Shown: positions 30,997-40,795 of the stretch, piece after piece
Numbering within the stretch: position 1 is the stretch's first letter
How the letters are laid out: each line of letters starts with the position of its first letter
From: Fimbriimonadales bacterium
GTDB taxonomy: Bacteria; Armatimonadota; Fimbriimonadia; Fimbriimonadales; JABRVX01
Assembly (NCBI GenBank): GCA_045862955.1
Contig: BTVI01000013.1
Coordinates: 16,124 to 80,123 of the forward strand
Direction of reading: 5' to 3'
DNA: 64,000 bases
Program-made: the position numbers and the translations under genes
The notes under the pieces: generated by a model
What the model was told of the DNA's origin: nothing
What the model saw: the letters and a program-made list of their open reading frames with translations, nothing else
Databases searched by the model: none

Positions 30997-32166
30997 CTAC
31001 GCTACGCGTACCCCGGGGTCGGCGGCCCGGCGCACATAGATTGGCTCGTTAATGCCTGTGGTGCGGGCGCAGTTACGGACCTTTTCTAGCAAGCTTACTG
31101 TAAGCACTTGCCCAGCCGGAACCACTACGGTGCCATCTTTCGCAACAATATCCGCGATCAGAGAATGGCCCAGCCTCAGGTCGCCGACGCCTACTGCGCC
31201 GTGCTCGGACCCCGAAACACCCGAGGCACTTGCGAAACACTGAAGAGCCTTCTCCAAAACGTTAGGGTCGTACCAGCCTTGTCGCGATTGCATCATCGCC
31301 AGCGCATCCTGCGGCGAAAAGCCCTTGGTCGTTAGGTCCATGAAATCCAGACAGACCTTCAGGATGCGCGAACCGATGGGGATCTGCTCACGGCTCACCG
31401 GATGCGGCGGGTGTCCACCGCCGTTGTAATGCTTGTGCTGATAGAGGACGATCTGCGCCACCTCCTCCAATCGTGGAATGTTGGAGAGCAGATCGCGACC
31501 TACTTCAGGTACTCGGTTCAGTAGTTCCTCATCAGCGGGGCTCAGCTCTTCACGGCTTCGGGAACGCATTGCTACAGCCGGTGGTACGGACACCAATCCA
31601 ATCTGGCACAGCATCCCCGCAAGTTCGATGTCCCAAGGGCTGTTCCCGAGAACCGCGCGAGAGAGCGTGCGAATGCTGCCTCGCAACACTTGCGCGCGAC
31701 CGAACACCTCAGGGGACACCATCGCCAAGATGTCGATCAGGATTTTGATGGTGCCGCTCAGCGTCTTCTGCAAGAGTTCGCGCTCCGACGTCAATAGCCG
31801 GTGTTGCTCGATGCCGGCGTGTAGCGCCGACGCGAGCTCGTCGGGCGAGCAGGGCTTGGTAAGCAGACGAAAGACGTTGCCCTGGTCGACGGCTGCTATC
31901 GCCGTCTGCAGGTCGGCGAACCCTGTCAGCAGGATGCGAACGGTCTCAGGCGCTAGCTCTCTGGCCCTCGAGAGCAGTTCGACGCCATCCATGCCTGGCA
32001 TCTTAAGGTCGCTGACAATGACGGCGTAGGGCCCGGAATCCGCCAGCATCTGTAGCGCCTGCTCCCCGCAATTGGCGGTGTCTATGGTCACCCTCTTCCT
32101 CAGAGCCCTTTGGTAGCCGGCCGTGATCGAGGGGTCGTCGTCAACGCAGAGCACACGATCGCTCAT
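30997..32166 (-). CDS. Response regulator with degenerate HD-GYP domain
   Basis: CVDDD/SDLKMP/KP; LCQIG replaces LHDIG; YQHKHYNGGGHP replaces HHE..DG.GYP. Confidence 0.85.
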   Translation of the reverse strand: MSDRVLCVDDDPSITAGYQRALRKRVTIDTANCGEQALQMLADSGPYAVIVSDLKMPGMDGVELLSRARELAPETVRILLTGFADLQTAIAAVDQGNVFRLLTKPCSPDELASALHAGIEQHRLLTSERELLQKTLSGTIKILIDILAMVSPEVFGRAQVLRGSIRTLSRAVLGNSPWDIELAGMLCQIGLVSVPPAVAMRSRSREELSPADEELLNRVPEVGRDLLSNIPRLEEVAQIVLYQHKHYNGGGHPPHPVSREQIPIGSRILKVCLDFMDLTTKGFSPQDALAMMQSRQGWYDPNVLEKALQCFASASGVSGSEHGAVGVGDLRLGHSLIADIVAKDGTVVVPAGQVLTVSLLEKVRNCARTTGINEPIYVRRAADPGVRVA

Positions 32167-33371
32167 GCGGCATTCTCCTGTTGTCTGCTTTCATCTGCAA
32201 GGCCTCGCCAAACATCGAGGCGGTGGCTAAGCCCCTCACGGTCCAGATAATCGTAATCGAGCGCAGCCACCGACGCCCCCTCGGCCTCATCCGCCTCGCA
32301 GCATAGCGCACATGCCGCATGCACCGCCGTCAGCGGGGTGAAGCCAGGCGCTTCCGAGTCGTTGGGGTTGTCGTGGTATGCGACGGCCTCTACCACCGGA
32401 TTCGGCAATCCCCACAGGCCGAGAAGGTAACCGCCAACCTCACCATGGCTCGCGCCTAGCCTACGGACTTCTGCTTCCCAGAGTGGCACGCTCTCCTCCT
32501 CTGCCAACTGCTTAGCGTCTAGGTAGCCGATCTGCAGTCCGGAAGCGAGCACCATTGTTCCGGCTGCGTGGAGAAATCCAGCTATGAACGCGTCTTCGAC
32601 ACACCTCTTGCCGGCAGATTCCGCCTCGGCAATGCGCTTAGCGAGCACGCTCGTGCGGGAGCTGTGATGCCACAGTTGCTCCAGATTCACGCCCGGCAGA
32701 CGGCCGGCCTCGTACTGCGAAAATACGTGGACCGACAGCACGAGGGCGCGGAGCGTCTCCGTCCCCAGCAGGGCCGCGGCCTGCGCCGGGCTCCCTACGT
32801 GGCGAGGTAGGCCGAAGAAAGCCGAGTTTACGAGCTGGAGAATCTTCGCGCTCATAGCCACGTCTTTGGAAACGATCTGCCCGATACGCTGGATCGACGC
32901 ATCTTCCGAGGCCAGCTCCTGCACCAGCTCCGCGTAGACAGACGGCAGGCTCGGCAGCGAGCCGACGCGGGCAATCAAGCCCTTCAGCTCCTCTCTAGCC
33001 AGCAGCGAGCTGAGCGAGCAGGCTCTATCTACCGTCTTCCTCAGTGTATCGGCGTCGCAGGGCTTTGCCAGATATTGGTGCGATGGACCGACGGTGCGCA
33101 GAATCGACTCCATGTCCGCCTGTCCGGACAGCACGATGCGCACCATATGCGGGTAGTGGTCTTGCACGAACGCAAGGAGCGCCGCACCGTCCAGGCCGGG
33201 CATGCGCATGTCAGTCACGATGACGTCGAAGTTCTCGCTCGCCAGCACGCGCTTGGCGTCGTCTGCGCTTTGCACGAACTCCATGTGCCACATGTCACGC
33301 ATGGCGTGCAGCATGCGACGAAGGCCTTGTAGCACGCCGGGGTCATCGTCTACGAAGAGCACTCGCTTCAT
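32163..33371 (-). CDS. Response regulator with HDOD domain
   Basis: FVDDD/TDMRMP; LPSLP, KILQLVNSAFFG, LW.HS, LWGLP..VVEAVAYH. Confidence 0.9.
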   Translation of the reverse strand: MKRVLFVDDDPGVLQGLRRMLHAMRDMWHMEFVQSADDAKRVLASENFDVIVTDMRMPGLDGAALLAFVQDHYPHMVRIVLSGQADMESILRTVGPSHQYLAKPCDADTLRKTVDRACSLSSLLAREELKGLIARVGSLPSLPSVYAELVQELASEDASIQRIGQIVSKDVAMSAKILQLVNSAFFGLPRHVGSPAQAAALLGTETLRALVLSVHVFSQYEAGRLPGVNLEQLWHHSSRTSVLAKRIAEAESAGKRCVEDAFIAGFLHAAGTMVLASGLQIGYLDAKQLAEEESVPLWEAEVRRLGASHGEVGGYLLGLWGLPNPVVEAVAYHDNPNDSEAPGFTPLTAVHAACALCCEADEAEGASVAALDYDYLDREGLSHRLDVWRGLADESRQQENAA

Positions 33372-34630
33372 GCACATCGTTCGTCTCGCTGCATGGAAGG
33401 TTGTTCCAGTGGGAGCCTGATGATGAAGGTCGCACCCTGCCCGGGAGCGCTCTCGACCGAGATGCTGCCTCGGTGGCGGTCCGTCACGATGCGGTGCGCA
33501 AGAGCCAACCCTTGTCCCGTGCCTTTGCCCACCCCTTTGGTGGTGAAAAACGGGTCGAAGATGCGCCTTTGAATGCTCTCAGGGATGCCCGTGCCGGTGT
33601 CCGCAATCCGGACCTCCACACAATTCCCATCGCGGCGTGTAGAGACCCGGATCAGACCCTTCTGCTCGCGCCCGTCTCCCACGACGTCCGCCACGGCGTG
33701 CGCTGCGTTCACGATAACGTTGAGAAACACCTGATTGAGGTCACCGGGCAGGCAGGGCACGGGCGGCAGGTCCTGGTCGAAGTCCGTCTCCACCTCGGCC
33801 ACGTACTTCCATTCGTTGCGTGAGATAGTGATGGTGCTGTCCAGCGCGCGGTTCAGGTCAACGTAGGTCATGTCCTCGCTGCCAGGGTGCGAGAACTCTT
33901 TCATTGCGCGCACGATCTTGGCCACTCGCTCCAGCCCCGCAAGCGATTGCTCGATGGCCTTCGGTATCTCTCGGACCAGGTACGGCACATCGGCACAACG
34001 AAAACGCTCCTCCACGTCTGCCAGCAAGTCTGGGGGGATGGCGCCCTCTTTTGCGCAGCGAAGCATCGCAGCGCATGCCTCCAGCAACGGCATCACATCG
34101 TCGAAGGCGTCCTTCAAGAACTGGGTGTTATCTCCCACGAACTGGGTCGGCGTGTTGATTTCGTGCGCGATGCCTGCCGCCAGCAAGCCGATCGCCTCCA
34201 GCTTCTGTGCGTGGGCCAGCTGCGCTTGCAACGCCTTCCGCTCCGTAATGTCTGCTCCAAACAGCAGGCATCCCGACACGGCTCCGCCCACGCGTATCGG
34301 GTGCAGGTCGAGTCCGAGGATCCCCTGATGACCGGTGGGCTTCGTGTACTTCAGGTCCTCGACACTGCGGCTCTCGCCGGTTCTTAGGCACTCGTCGAGA
34401 GGTCCCTTAACCCGAGTCCAGTCCCATGGCAGAGGGCTTTCTTCCAGCCGGCTGCCAAGAACGGCCTCGGCCGCAAACCCCAGCGTGGCCTCAGCATACC
34501 GATTCCATAAGACCACGCACTGCCGCGCGTCTACCGCGATCAGCAGCGATGGCAGGGTAGCCAGAAGGTCCTCGGCCGTCCACTGACCGCCGAATGTCTG
34601 TGCGGGCCCAACAGATGCTCCGTGTTCCAT
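33368..34630 (-). CDS. Cytoplasmic PAS sensor histidine kinase (start may be 34687)
   Basis: Single PAS, AHEINTP, NAAHA, DTGTG, GKGTGQGL. Confidence 0.9.
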   Translation of the reverse strand: MEHGASVGPAQTFGGQWTAEDLLATLPSLLIAVDARQCVVLWNRYAEATLGFAAEAVLGSRLEESPLPWDWTRVKGPLDECLRTGESRSVEDLKYTKPTGHQGILGLDLHPIRVGGAVSGCLLFGADITERKALQAQLAHAQKLEAIGLLAAGIAHEINTPTQFVGDNTQFLKDAFDDVMPLLEACAAMLRCAKEGAIPPDLLADVEERFRCADVPYLVREIPKAIEQSLAGLERVAKIVRAMKEFSHPGSEDMTYVDLNRALDSTITISRNEWKYVAEVETDFDQDLPPVPCLPGDLNQVFLNVIVNAAHAVADVVGDGREQKGLIRVSTRRDGNCVEVRIADTGTGIPESIQRRIFDPFFTTKGVGKGTGQGLALAHRIVTDRHRGSISVESAPGQGATFIIRLPLEQPSMQRDERCA

Positions 34631-34791
34631 CGGGTACGACCGGCCTCCCAGGGCGCCTCGCGGCTCGGCCGCCAGGGCGACGACCATCCCGTGCGGGACG
34701 CTCCTACCCTCTTATTGTCGGGTCGGTGTGAAATCTGTCGCACCCACTTCGCACGGTATTTCGCCGTCCCGGCGATGCAACGTGTCCGGTG

Positions 34792-36159
34792 TTAAGACAA
34801 CCTCTGTCTGGCTGTCAGCAGGTACGCCAGCAGCGCCAGTGCGAGCACGTACATCAACCAGTGCACTTGCCGGCCTTTGCCCGCTGCCACGCGCACAACG
34901 GGATAGGATATGAATCCTAGCGCCAGCCCGTCGGCAATCGAGTAGCACAGCGGAATGCCGGCGAGCACCAAGAAGGAAGGCAGCGCCTCGGAGAAGTCGT
35001 CCCACTCGATGTGCCGGGCGCTCTGCAACATCAGCACTCCCACCACCACGAGGGCAGGGGCGGTGAGCGGCGGATAGCCGCCGATGACATGAATCAGCGG
35101 TCCGAAGCAAAGCGCCGCTAAGAACAGGAGTCCGGCTACGACCGCCGTCAGCCCCGTGCGGCCCCCGTAGGCCACTCCGGCTGCGCTCTCGATGTAGGCA
35201 GTGACGGTGCTGGTGCCGAGGGCTGCACCCACCACGGTAGCCCCCGAATCCACGACCAGCGCCTGTACGATGCGCGGCGTCTTGCCCTCCTTAGTGGTGA
35301 TGCCTGCCTGTTGTGCCACGGCTACCAAGGTGCCCGTAGCGTCCAGCAGCGCCATCAGCGTGAATACGATGATGAAGGGCAAGCAGAAGAGTGTCAGCGC
35401 GCCCTCGATGTCGAGTTGAAGGGCTGCCGGCGATGCGATGCGTGGGAAGCCGACGACGGCGCCTACACCTTGGCCCTCGAAGCGCAACTCACCCATTAGG
35501 ATGGCGAGCACGCCGGCCGCGGCGATGCCCCACAAGATCGAGCCTCGAATCTTTCTCGCCTGCAAGATGCCCGCCACCGCCAGTCCGAGGGCGAACACTG
35601 CCACCTTAGGGGAACCGAGATGCGGGTTCAGGCCGAGCCACGCGCCCGGCTTCGACACCAACACATCGCCGTTGCGGAGACCGATGAAGGCGATGAACAG
35701 GCCAATGCCGCCCGCAATCCCGTGCCGCATGCTGGGACTGATTCCCTCGATGATGCGCTCGCGCACGCCGAATAGCGAGAGACCGAGGAAGATGATGCCG
35801 GCCACGAACACGATGCCTAGAGCCACCTTCCACGCCTCCGCGATCCCCGCGGCCGCCAGCGTCATCACCACGGTGACGAAGAAGTAGTTCTCACCCATGC
35901 CGGGCGCCAAGGCGATAGGGAACCGTGCGTACAGGCCCATCACCACCGAGGCTAGGGCGGAAGCGAGACACGTCGCAAGCACCACCGCGCCGAAGTCGAG
36001 GCCCGTAGGCTTGCCACTGAAGTCAACCGACAGGATGGCCGGCTGCAGGAAGATAATGTAGGCCATAGTGAGGAAGGTGGTGAGCCCAGCTAACACCTCG
36101 ATCCGAACGGTGGTACCCGCCGCCTCGAGCCGAAACACACGGTTCAGCACAGCATTCAT
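34792..36159 (-). CDS. NCS2/AzgA-family nucleobase permease
   Basis: EVLAGLTTFLTMAYI, APGMG, YIESAAG..GGRTGL; GGAGG SD. Confidence 0.92.
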   Translation of the reverse strand: MNAVLNRVFRLEAAGTTVRIEVLAGLTTFLTMAYIIFLQPAILSVDFSGKPTGLDFGAVVLATCLASALASVVMGLYARFPIALAPGMGENYFFVTVVMTLAAAGIAEAWKVALGIVFVAGIIFLGLSLFGVRERIIEGISPSMRHGIAGGIGLFIAFIGLRNGDVLVSKPGAWLGLNPHLGSPKVAVFALGLAVAGILQARKIRGSILWGIAAAGVLAILMGELRFEGQGVGAVVGFPRIASPAALQLDIEGALTLFCLPFIIVFTLMALLDATGTLVAVAQQAGITTKEGKTPRIVQALVVDSGATVVGAALGTSTVTAYIESAAGVAYGGRTGLTAVVAGLLFLAALCFGPLIHVIGGYPPLTAPALVVVGVLMLQSARHIEWDDFSEALPSFLVLAGIPLCYSIADGLALGFISYPVVRVAAGKGRQVHWLMYVLALALLAYLLTARQRLS

Positions 36160-36180
36160 CGCAGGCCTCCTCCCCTCTAG

Positions 36181-36192
36181 ATTTGCGCAAAT
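36181..36192. promoter_or_regulatory. Palindromic operator candidate for the permease
   Basis: ATTTGCGCAAAT perfect palindrome just downstream of a minus-strand TTGACA. Confidence 0.45.
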
Positions 36193-36256
36193 AGACGCGA
36201 ATGTCAAGAGGGCGATCCCGGGAGTTCCGTCATGCCCGCCAGGCGAAAGTTATGAT

Positions 36257-36274
36257 ATAGTGACTAATCACTAT
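36257..36274. promoter_or_regulatory. Palindromic operator candidate
   Basis: ATAGTGA-CTAA-TCACTAT directly after TATGAT (36251-36256). Confidence 0.55.
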
Positions 36275-36341
36275 CGCAGCGGACGCTCCTGTTGAGACGA
36301 GCCTGACTTGACGGGCGCATCCACACGAAGAGGAGGAAGCT

Positions 36342-37862
36342 GTGAACGTATTGGTCCCCCGAGGTGTAGCGATTCTTGCTGTATGCACGGTCCTGCTTGG
36401 CGTCTGGACCGTGTACGCAGATGATACGGACTGCCCGTATCACAAACTCAAATGGGAGGACTTCAAGGGCGACCCCCCGGCGAACAGCACACACGACGCC
36501 GAGACGACCTCCGGCATCAAAGTCTCCAACTACACATACGACACCAAAAAGGGCGACGACAACAAGTGGCACTCCAAGTTGAAGGGGGCGAAAGCTACCT
36601 CCACGATGGACAAGACGCAGTCCTGGGTGAAGCCGGGCAAGAAGACGGATGAATTGCTGAAGCATGAACAGTACCACTTCGACATCTCGGAGTACTGGGC
36701 CAGGGAGCTTCAGAAGGTGCTGGACGGGCTCGAAGGAATCGGCGACACCCCCGAAGCAGCCGAAGCCAACCTCGCCGAGAAAGTTCAGCAAGCCTATCAA
36801 GATATCTTGCAGAAGCACAACGCGATGCAGGAGAAGTACGACGAGGAGACCGATCATAGCAGGAATGCCGAGAAGCAGGAGGAGTGGTGCAAGAAAATCG
36901 GTGACCTGCTGAACCCGCCGGCCCCGAACAAAACCGTCGGCCAAGCCTCGAACAGCGGTGTCGACTACGATCCGATCACCAACATGCTCACCTTCCGCCC
37001 TGCGTTCTTCGACATCTTCTTCGACCTCGGCGTGCCCTTCACGGACCCTGTGCTCCAGGGAGTTCCAATCGAGATCGTTCCCATGCAGCTCACGGGCTTC
37101 CACATGAGCAACGTGTTCTCGGACCTACCGCAGTTCATGCCGGACGAGCAAGCCCCGTGGTTCACCGTGGGTGGCGGGATCGTTCGCGGCAACCTGCGCC
37201 TGGTGGTGGGGCACGGCAACTCGATGACGGGTTGGATCGAGGAACTAGACGTGCTGGAAGATGTCGTGCCGGACTCTCCGTACTTGCAGATGGTGGCGCA
37301 AGACAGAGCATCCGGAGCCGCCCTTTACTGCCTCGAAGTCGCTACCCCCATCCCACTCCGAGATGCCACCGGCAACTTCACTCTGCCGGCGTTCCTGCCC
37401 GCCCAGGTGCGAGTGGGTAGCGCCATGGCTCCCCCCAATGTCAGTGGCACACTCGGGTTGGAGTTTCACGTTGCTCCCCAAAGCATGATGGGAGTGCTAG
37501 AGGTGTACCAGCCGGGTGGCGTGGTGCCGATCGAGATCGTCTCGCTGTCCCTAACGACAGTCGGAGGTTTCTCGGCCGCTCTGACCGTGGCTCCCGGCGC
37601 GTACGACTTGCGGTTCGGCGCCCAGCACTTCCTGACGAAGCGTCTGCCAAACGTCGCCCTCGCATGGGGGAACAACGACGTCGGGTACGTTCCACTAACC
37701 AACGGCGACGCTATGGCCGACAACGCAGTGGGCCTGGCGGACCTCAACGCCGTGCTCCTCGCCTTCGGCGGACCGAGCCCCGATCTCGATGGCGACGGAC
37801 TCGTATCTCTCCCAGACCTCAACATCGTCCTCGTGAACTTCGGCAAGGTGGGGGACAACTAG
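36342..37862 (+). CDS. Secreted DUF922-like zinc metallopeptidase with C-terminal dockerin/EF-hand-like module
   Basis: Signal peptide, KLKWEDFKG, SWV, LLKHEQYHFDISE, YDEETDHS; tail NGDA..DN.V.LADL...DLDGDGLVSLPDL..VLVNFG. Confidence 0.75.
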   Translation: MNVLVPRGVAILAVCTVLLGVWTVYADDTDCPYHKLKWEDFKGDPPANSTHDAETTSGIKVSNYTYDTKKGDDNKWHSKLKGAKATSTMDKTQSWVKPGKKTDELLKHEQYHFDISEYWARELQKVLDGLEGIGDTPEAAEANLAEKVQQAYQDILQKHNAMQEKYDEETDHSRNAEKQEEWCKKIGDLLNPPAPNKTVGQASNSGVDYDPITNMLTFRPAFFDIFFDLGVPFTDPVLQGVPIEIVPMQLTGFHMSNVFSDLPQFMPDEQAPWFTVGGGIVRGNLRLVVGHGNSMTGWIEELDVLEDVVPDSPYLQMVAQDRASGAALYCLEVATPIPLRDATGNFTLPAFLPAQVRVGSAMAPPNVSGTLGLEFHVAPQSMMGVLEVYQPGGVVPIEIVSLSLTTVGGFSAALTVAPGAYDLRFGAQHFLTKRLPNVALAWGNNDVGYVPLTNGDAMADNAVGLADLNAVLLAFGGPSPDLDGDGLVSLPDLNIVLVNFGKVGDN

Positions 37863-37871
37863 GCTCGCTGC

Positions 37872-37903
37872 AGCGGTCCGGCAACCCACCCTGCCGGACC
37901 GCT
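37872..37903 (+). terminator. Terminator-like hairpin
   Basis: AGCGGTCCGGCA-8 nt-TGCCGGACCGCT perfect 12-bp stem. Confidence 0.65.
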
Positions 37904-37940
37904 TGCCCCCTTCGTGGCGCCGGCAGGGTATACAGACGGC

Positions 37941-39329
37941 ATGAACCAGCCCGAATCTGCCGCCCGCATTAGTTCGTGGATTGAAGCGCATCGCGACGAG
38001 ATGGTTGCTGCGCTGCGAGAGCAGCTCCGTATTCCCAGCAAGGAAGGCCCGCCTGCCGAGGGAGCACCGTTCGGGGCAGAGTGCCGCAAAGCGCTGGACT
38101 TGGCGCTGGCAATGGCCGCGGAGGCCGGCTTTCGAACGCGTAACCTAGACGGTTACGCCGGCCATGCGGAGTTCGGAGACGGCTCGGAGATGGTGATGGC
38201 ACTCGGACACCTGGACGTGGTGCCGGAAGGGGAGGGCTGGAAGTTCGACCCCTACGGCGCGGAGGTTGCGGACGGCTACATCTATGCCCGTGGAGCGGTA
38301 GATGATAAGGGGCCGACGTACGCTGCGTTCTTTGCCGCCAGAGCTATCAAGGAGCTGGGGCTGCCCATCCGCAGGCGCATCCGCATCGTGTTCGGGTGCA
38401 ACGAGGAGAGCGGCTTTCGATGCGTGAAGCACTACTTCGAACACGAGGAGGCGCCTACCCTCGGCTTCGCACCAGACGCGGAGTGGCCGCTGATCTATGC
38501 CGAGAAAGGCGTAGCGAACCTTACCATATCGCGCCGGGTGGAGCAGGGAAGTGGCCTGCGGATCGCCAGCCTGGAGGGCGGAGAGAGGCCCAACATCGTG
38601 CCAGACCGGGCGCGCGCAACCCTGACGGGCCCTGAGCCCGACTTACGGGGTGCGTCCGATAGGCTGGCGGAGTACTGGGATCGGAACGTGACTGCTGTAC
38701 TTAGCGATGGGGAGCTGCAGGTAACGGCAATTGGCAAGGCTGCTCATGCCTCTACTCCATTCTTGGGAGACAACGCTGCATCCCGCCTGCTTCGGGCACT
38801 GAGGACCCTCGAGCTGCCGAGTGACGGGCAATGGGTGGATGCTCTGTTTCGCGCCTCCGATCCCGCGGGGGCTGGCCTCGGCATCCATGGCAGAGACGAG
38901 ATCGTAGGCGATCTCACATCCAACCTCGGCATCCTGCGTGTTCGAGGCGGCGTCGTCACGGCCCTCTTCAACATCCGGTACCCAGTCGAGTGGAGAGGCG
39001 ATAGGCTGCTGGAGCGCGTGGGCTCGTTCCTACACGCTAGCGGCTTCGAGATCGACGAGCTTACGGACAGCAAGCCGCTGCACGTGCCGGTGGACCAGGA
39101 GCCGGTGCGAAGCATCCTGGCGGTGTTGGAGGAGGAGTTCGGCGAAGCGCAGAGGCCGGGAACTATGGGAGGGGGCACTTACGCTCGAGCCGTGCCGAAC
39201 ACTGTAGCGGTGGGCACCTGCTGGCCCGGCGACGGCGTTGCGCACGAGCCGAACGAGCGGTACGCCATTTCGTCCTATCTGCGCGCTACAGCCATCTACG
39301 CTCGCATCCTCTTGCGCCTGGCGAGCTAG
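37941..39329 (+). CDS. pepV: M20 dipeptidase PepV
   Basis: GHLDVVP, RGAVDDKGP, NEESG, PDAEWP.IYAEKG, GGGTYAR, AHEPNE. Confidence 0.88.
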   Translation: MNQPESAARISSWIEAHRDEMVAALREQLRIPSKEGPPAEGAPFGAECRKALDLALAMAAEAGFRTRNLDGYAGHAEFGDGSEMVMALGHLDVVPEGEGWKFDPYGAEVADGYIYARGAVDDKGPTYAAFFAARAIKELGLPIRRRIRIVFGCNEESGFRCVKHYFEHEEAPTLGFAPDAEWPLIYAEKGVANLTISRRVEQGSGLRIASLEGGERPNIVPDRARATLTGPEPDLRGASDRLAEYWDRNVTAVLSDGELQVTAIGKAAHASTPFLGDNAASRLLRALRTLELPSDGQWVDALFRASDPAGAGLGIHGRDEIVGDLTSNLGILRVRGGVVTALFNIRYPVEWRGDRLLERVGSFLHASGFEIDELTDSKPLHVPVDQEPVRSILAVLEEEFGEAQRPGTMGGGTYARAVPNTVAVGTCWPGDGVAHEPNERYAISSYLRATAIYARILLRLAS

Positions 39330-39463
39330 GGTCCACGGCTGGACGCGAACGGTAACCAAGACCGTGTCGCGCGCCGCCTAACTGCTGGGCGCCGTCTGAA
39401 GAACCGCTCACCAAGTGCGAATCATCCGAGTAGAGCATCTGCTCATCTTGGATGAGGTGACGT

Positions 39464-40633
39464 ATGTATCGTCTTTTCGGCAAGGCCCTGGTGCTGTTTG
39501 CACTGCCGGCGATCATCGCGGGTTGTGGCGGCGGAGGCGGGCTAAGCAGTGACAGCCGCTCCTACAGCGGGACGCTCAACTTCACCCTCGGCGGCGCTCC
39601 GGTCGGCTTCGATGTCACCACCGCCGTTGTAACGGCATCGAAACTCGAGGTCCGCAGCAAGGCAACCGGCCAATATGAAACCCTATGGTCCGGAACCCGA
39701 GAGGTCGACCTTCTCGCCTCCGAGCCCCAGGAGTTCTCGGGCCAGGTTACGCTCGGAAGCGAGATGCATGCAGACTTCGACAGTCTTCGTGTGACGCTGT
39801 CGCACGTCGTCTTGCAGGACACCGAGCTCGGGTCCTTCGACCAGGACGTAGCGTGGAGCTTCGAATTCCCCCTCGACATGCGCATGGTAGCCGGAAGAAA
39901 GGCTCTCCTGCGCGCCGTCCTGCCACTGGCTGCCTTCCAGCTTCAGGAGGATAGCCTGGTACTGAGCGAGGATGTGGTTGTCCAAGCTAACGTCTCCGAC
40001 CAAGGGGTCCTCGAGCCTCGATGGGTAGACGCCGTGTATCTCGACCTAAGCCACCTGCCGTATGAGATTCCTCTTCCCACCGGCGGTGTCGCCACGGGCA
40101 TCTGGTTCAGCAACGACAACATGGGATTTTTTGTCGACGACCAGGATGGAAGTGGTGGCGAGTTCTACTCCTGGTACGACGGCGAGTTCTCCAAGGGAGG
40201 CACCTACGAGTACGACGACCCACAGAAATCCAGCCTGACCTGGCGCGTTGATGACGCTCTCGGTGTCGAGACGGGAACAGCCTACGCCCTGCGAACCGTG
40301 TGCCCCCTGCGCGCTGGAGGATGGAGTGCTCTCGTGATGACGGGGGGCAAAGCCGAGCACGGCGTGTTCATACTCGTCAAGACGGATAGCAATAGGAACA
40401 TCGTCGAAATCTACGGCGGGGACGTCGTGTTGAACGACGAAAACGATCCCACCAAGGGCGGGACCGCAGAAATCCTATCGCTCTACGATGTTTTGAACCA
40501 AAGCCAAGAGGCGGTGCCTGCGGAGGTCGGCCTGACGTATGACGGCAAGGTCTCGGGTACGTACTCGATCAGCGGTGGAGGGTATGCGGTACCCGCCACT
40601 GGCTCTTGGGTGCTCTACGTGCCTGGCGGTTAG
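39464..40633 (+). CDS. Lipoprotein of unknown function (beta-rich)
   Basis: Lipobox IAGC followed by GGGGG; GAGGTGA SD. Confidence 0.75.
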   Translation: MYRLFGKALVLFALPAIIAGCGGGGGLSSDSRSYSGTLNFTLGGAPVGFDVTTAVVTASKLEVRSKATGQYETLWSGTREVDLLASEPQEFSGQVTLGSEMHADFDSLRVTLSHVVLQDTELGSFDQDVAWSFEFPLDMRMVAGRKALLRAVLPLAAFQLQEDSLVLSEDVVVQANVSDQGVLEPRWVDAVYLDLSHLPYEIPLPTGGVATGIWFSNDNMGFFVDDQDGSGGEFYSWYDGEFSKGGTYEYDDPQKSSLTWRVDDALGVETGTAYALRTVCPLRAGGWSALVMTGGKAEHGVFILVKTDSNRNIVEIYGGDVVLNDENDPTKGGTAEILSLYDVLNQSQEAVPAEVGLTYDGKVSGTYSISGGGYAVPATGSWVLYVPGG

Positions 40634-40677
40634 TGCGCTTACGTATCTTGCACGCAACGGGGCCTGAGATCGCGGGT

Positions 40678-40712
40678 GGTTCGCCCTCCCGTGAGCTGCG
40701 GGAGGGCGAACC
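40678..40712. terminator. Strong hairpin after the lipoprotein gene
   Basis: GGTTCGCCCTCCCG-TGAGCTG-CGGGAGGGCGAACC perfect 14-bp stem. Confidence 0.6.
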
Positions 40713-40795
40713 GGAATCTTGCATCTCTATGGTCTCTTTGTAGCGTGAGGGCAGTGGCTGCCGCGCCAGCGCATGTTTCGAATGCCTGAGACCCA

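Noticed and set aside
36160..36260. Purine riboswitch ahead of the NCS2 permease
   Set aside because: No purine aptamer core seen, and the TTGACA is too close to the start codon to leave room
40671..40712. GGGTGGTTCGCC as a T-box for alaS
   Set aside because: Does not match the TGGNACC bulge, no stem I, and it is one arm of a perfect hairpin upstream of the likely alaS promoter
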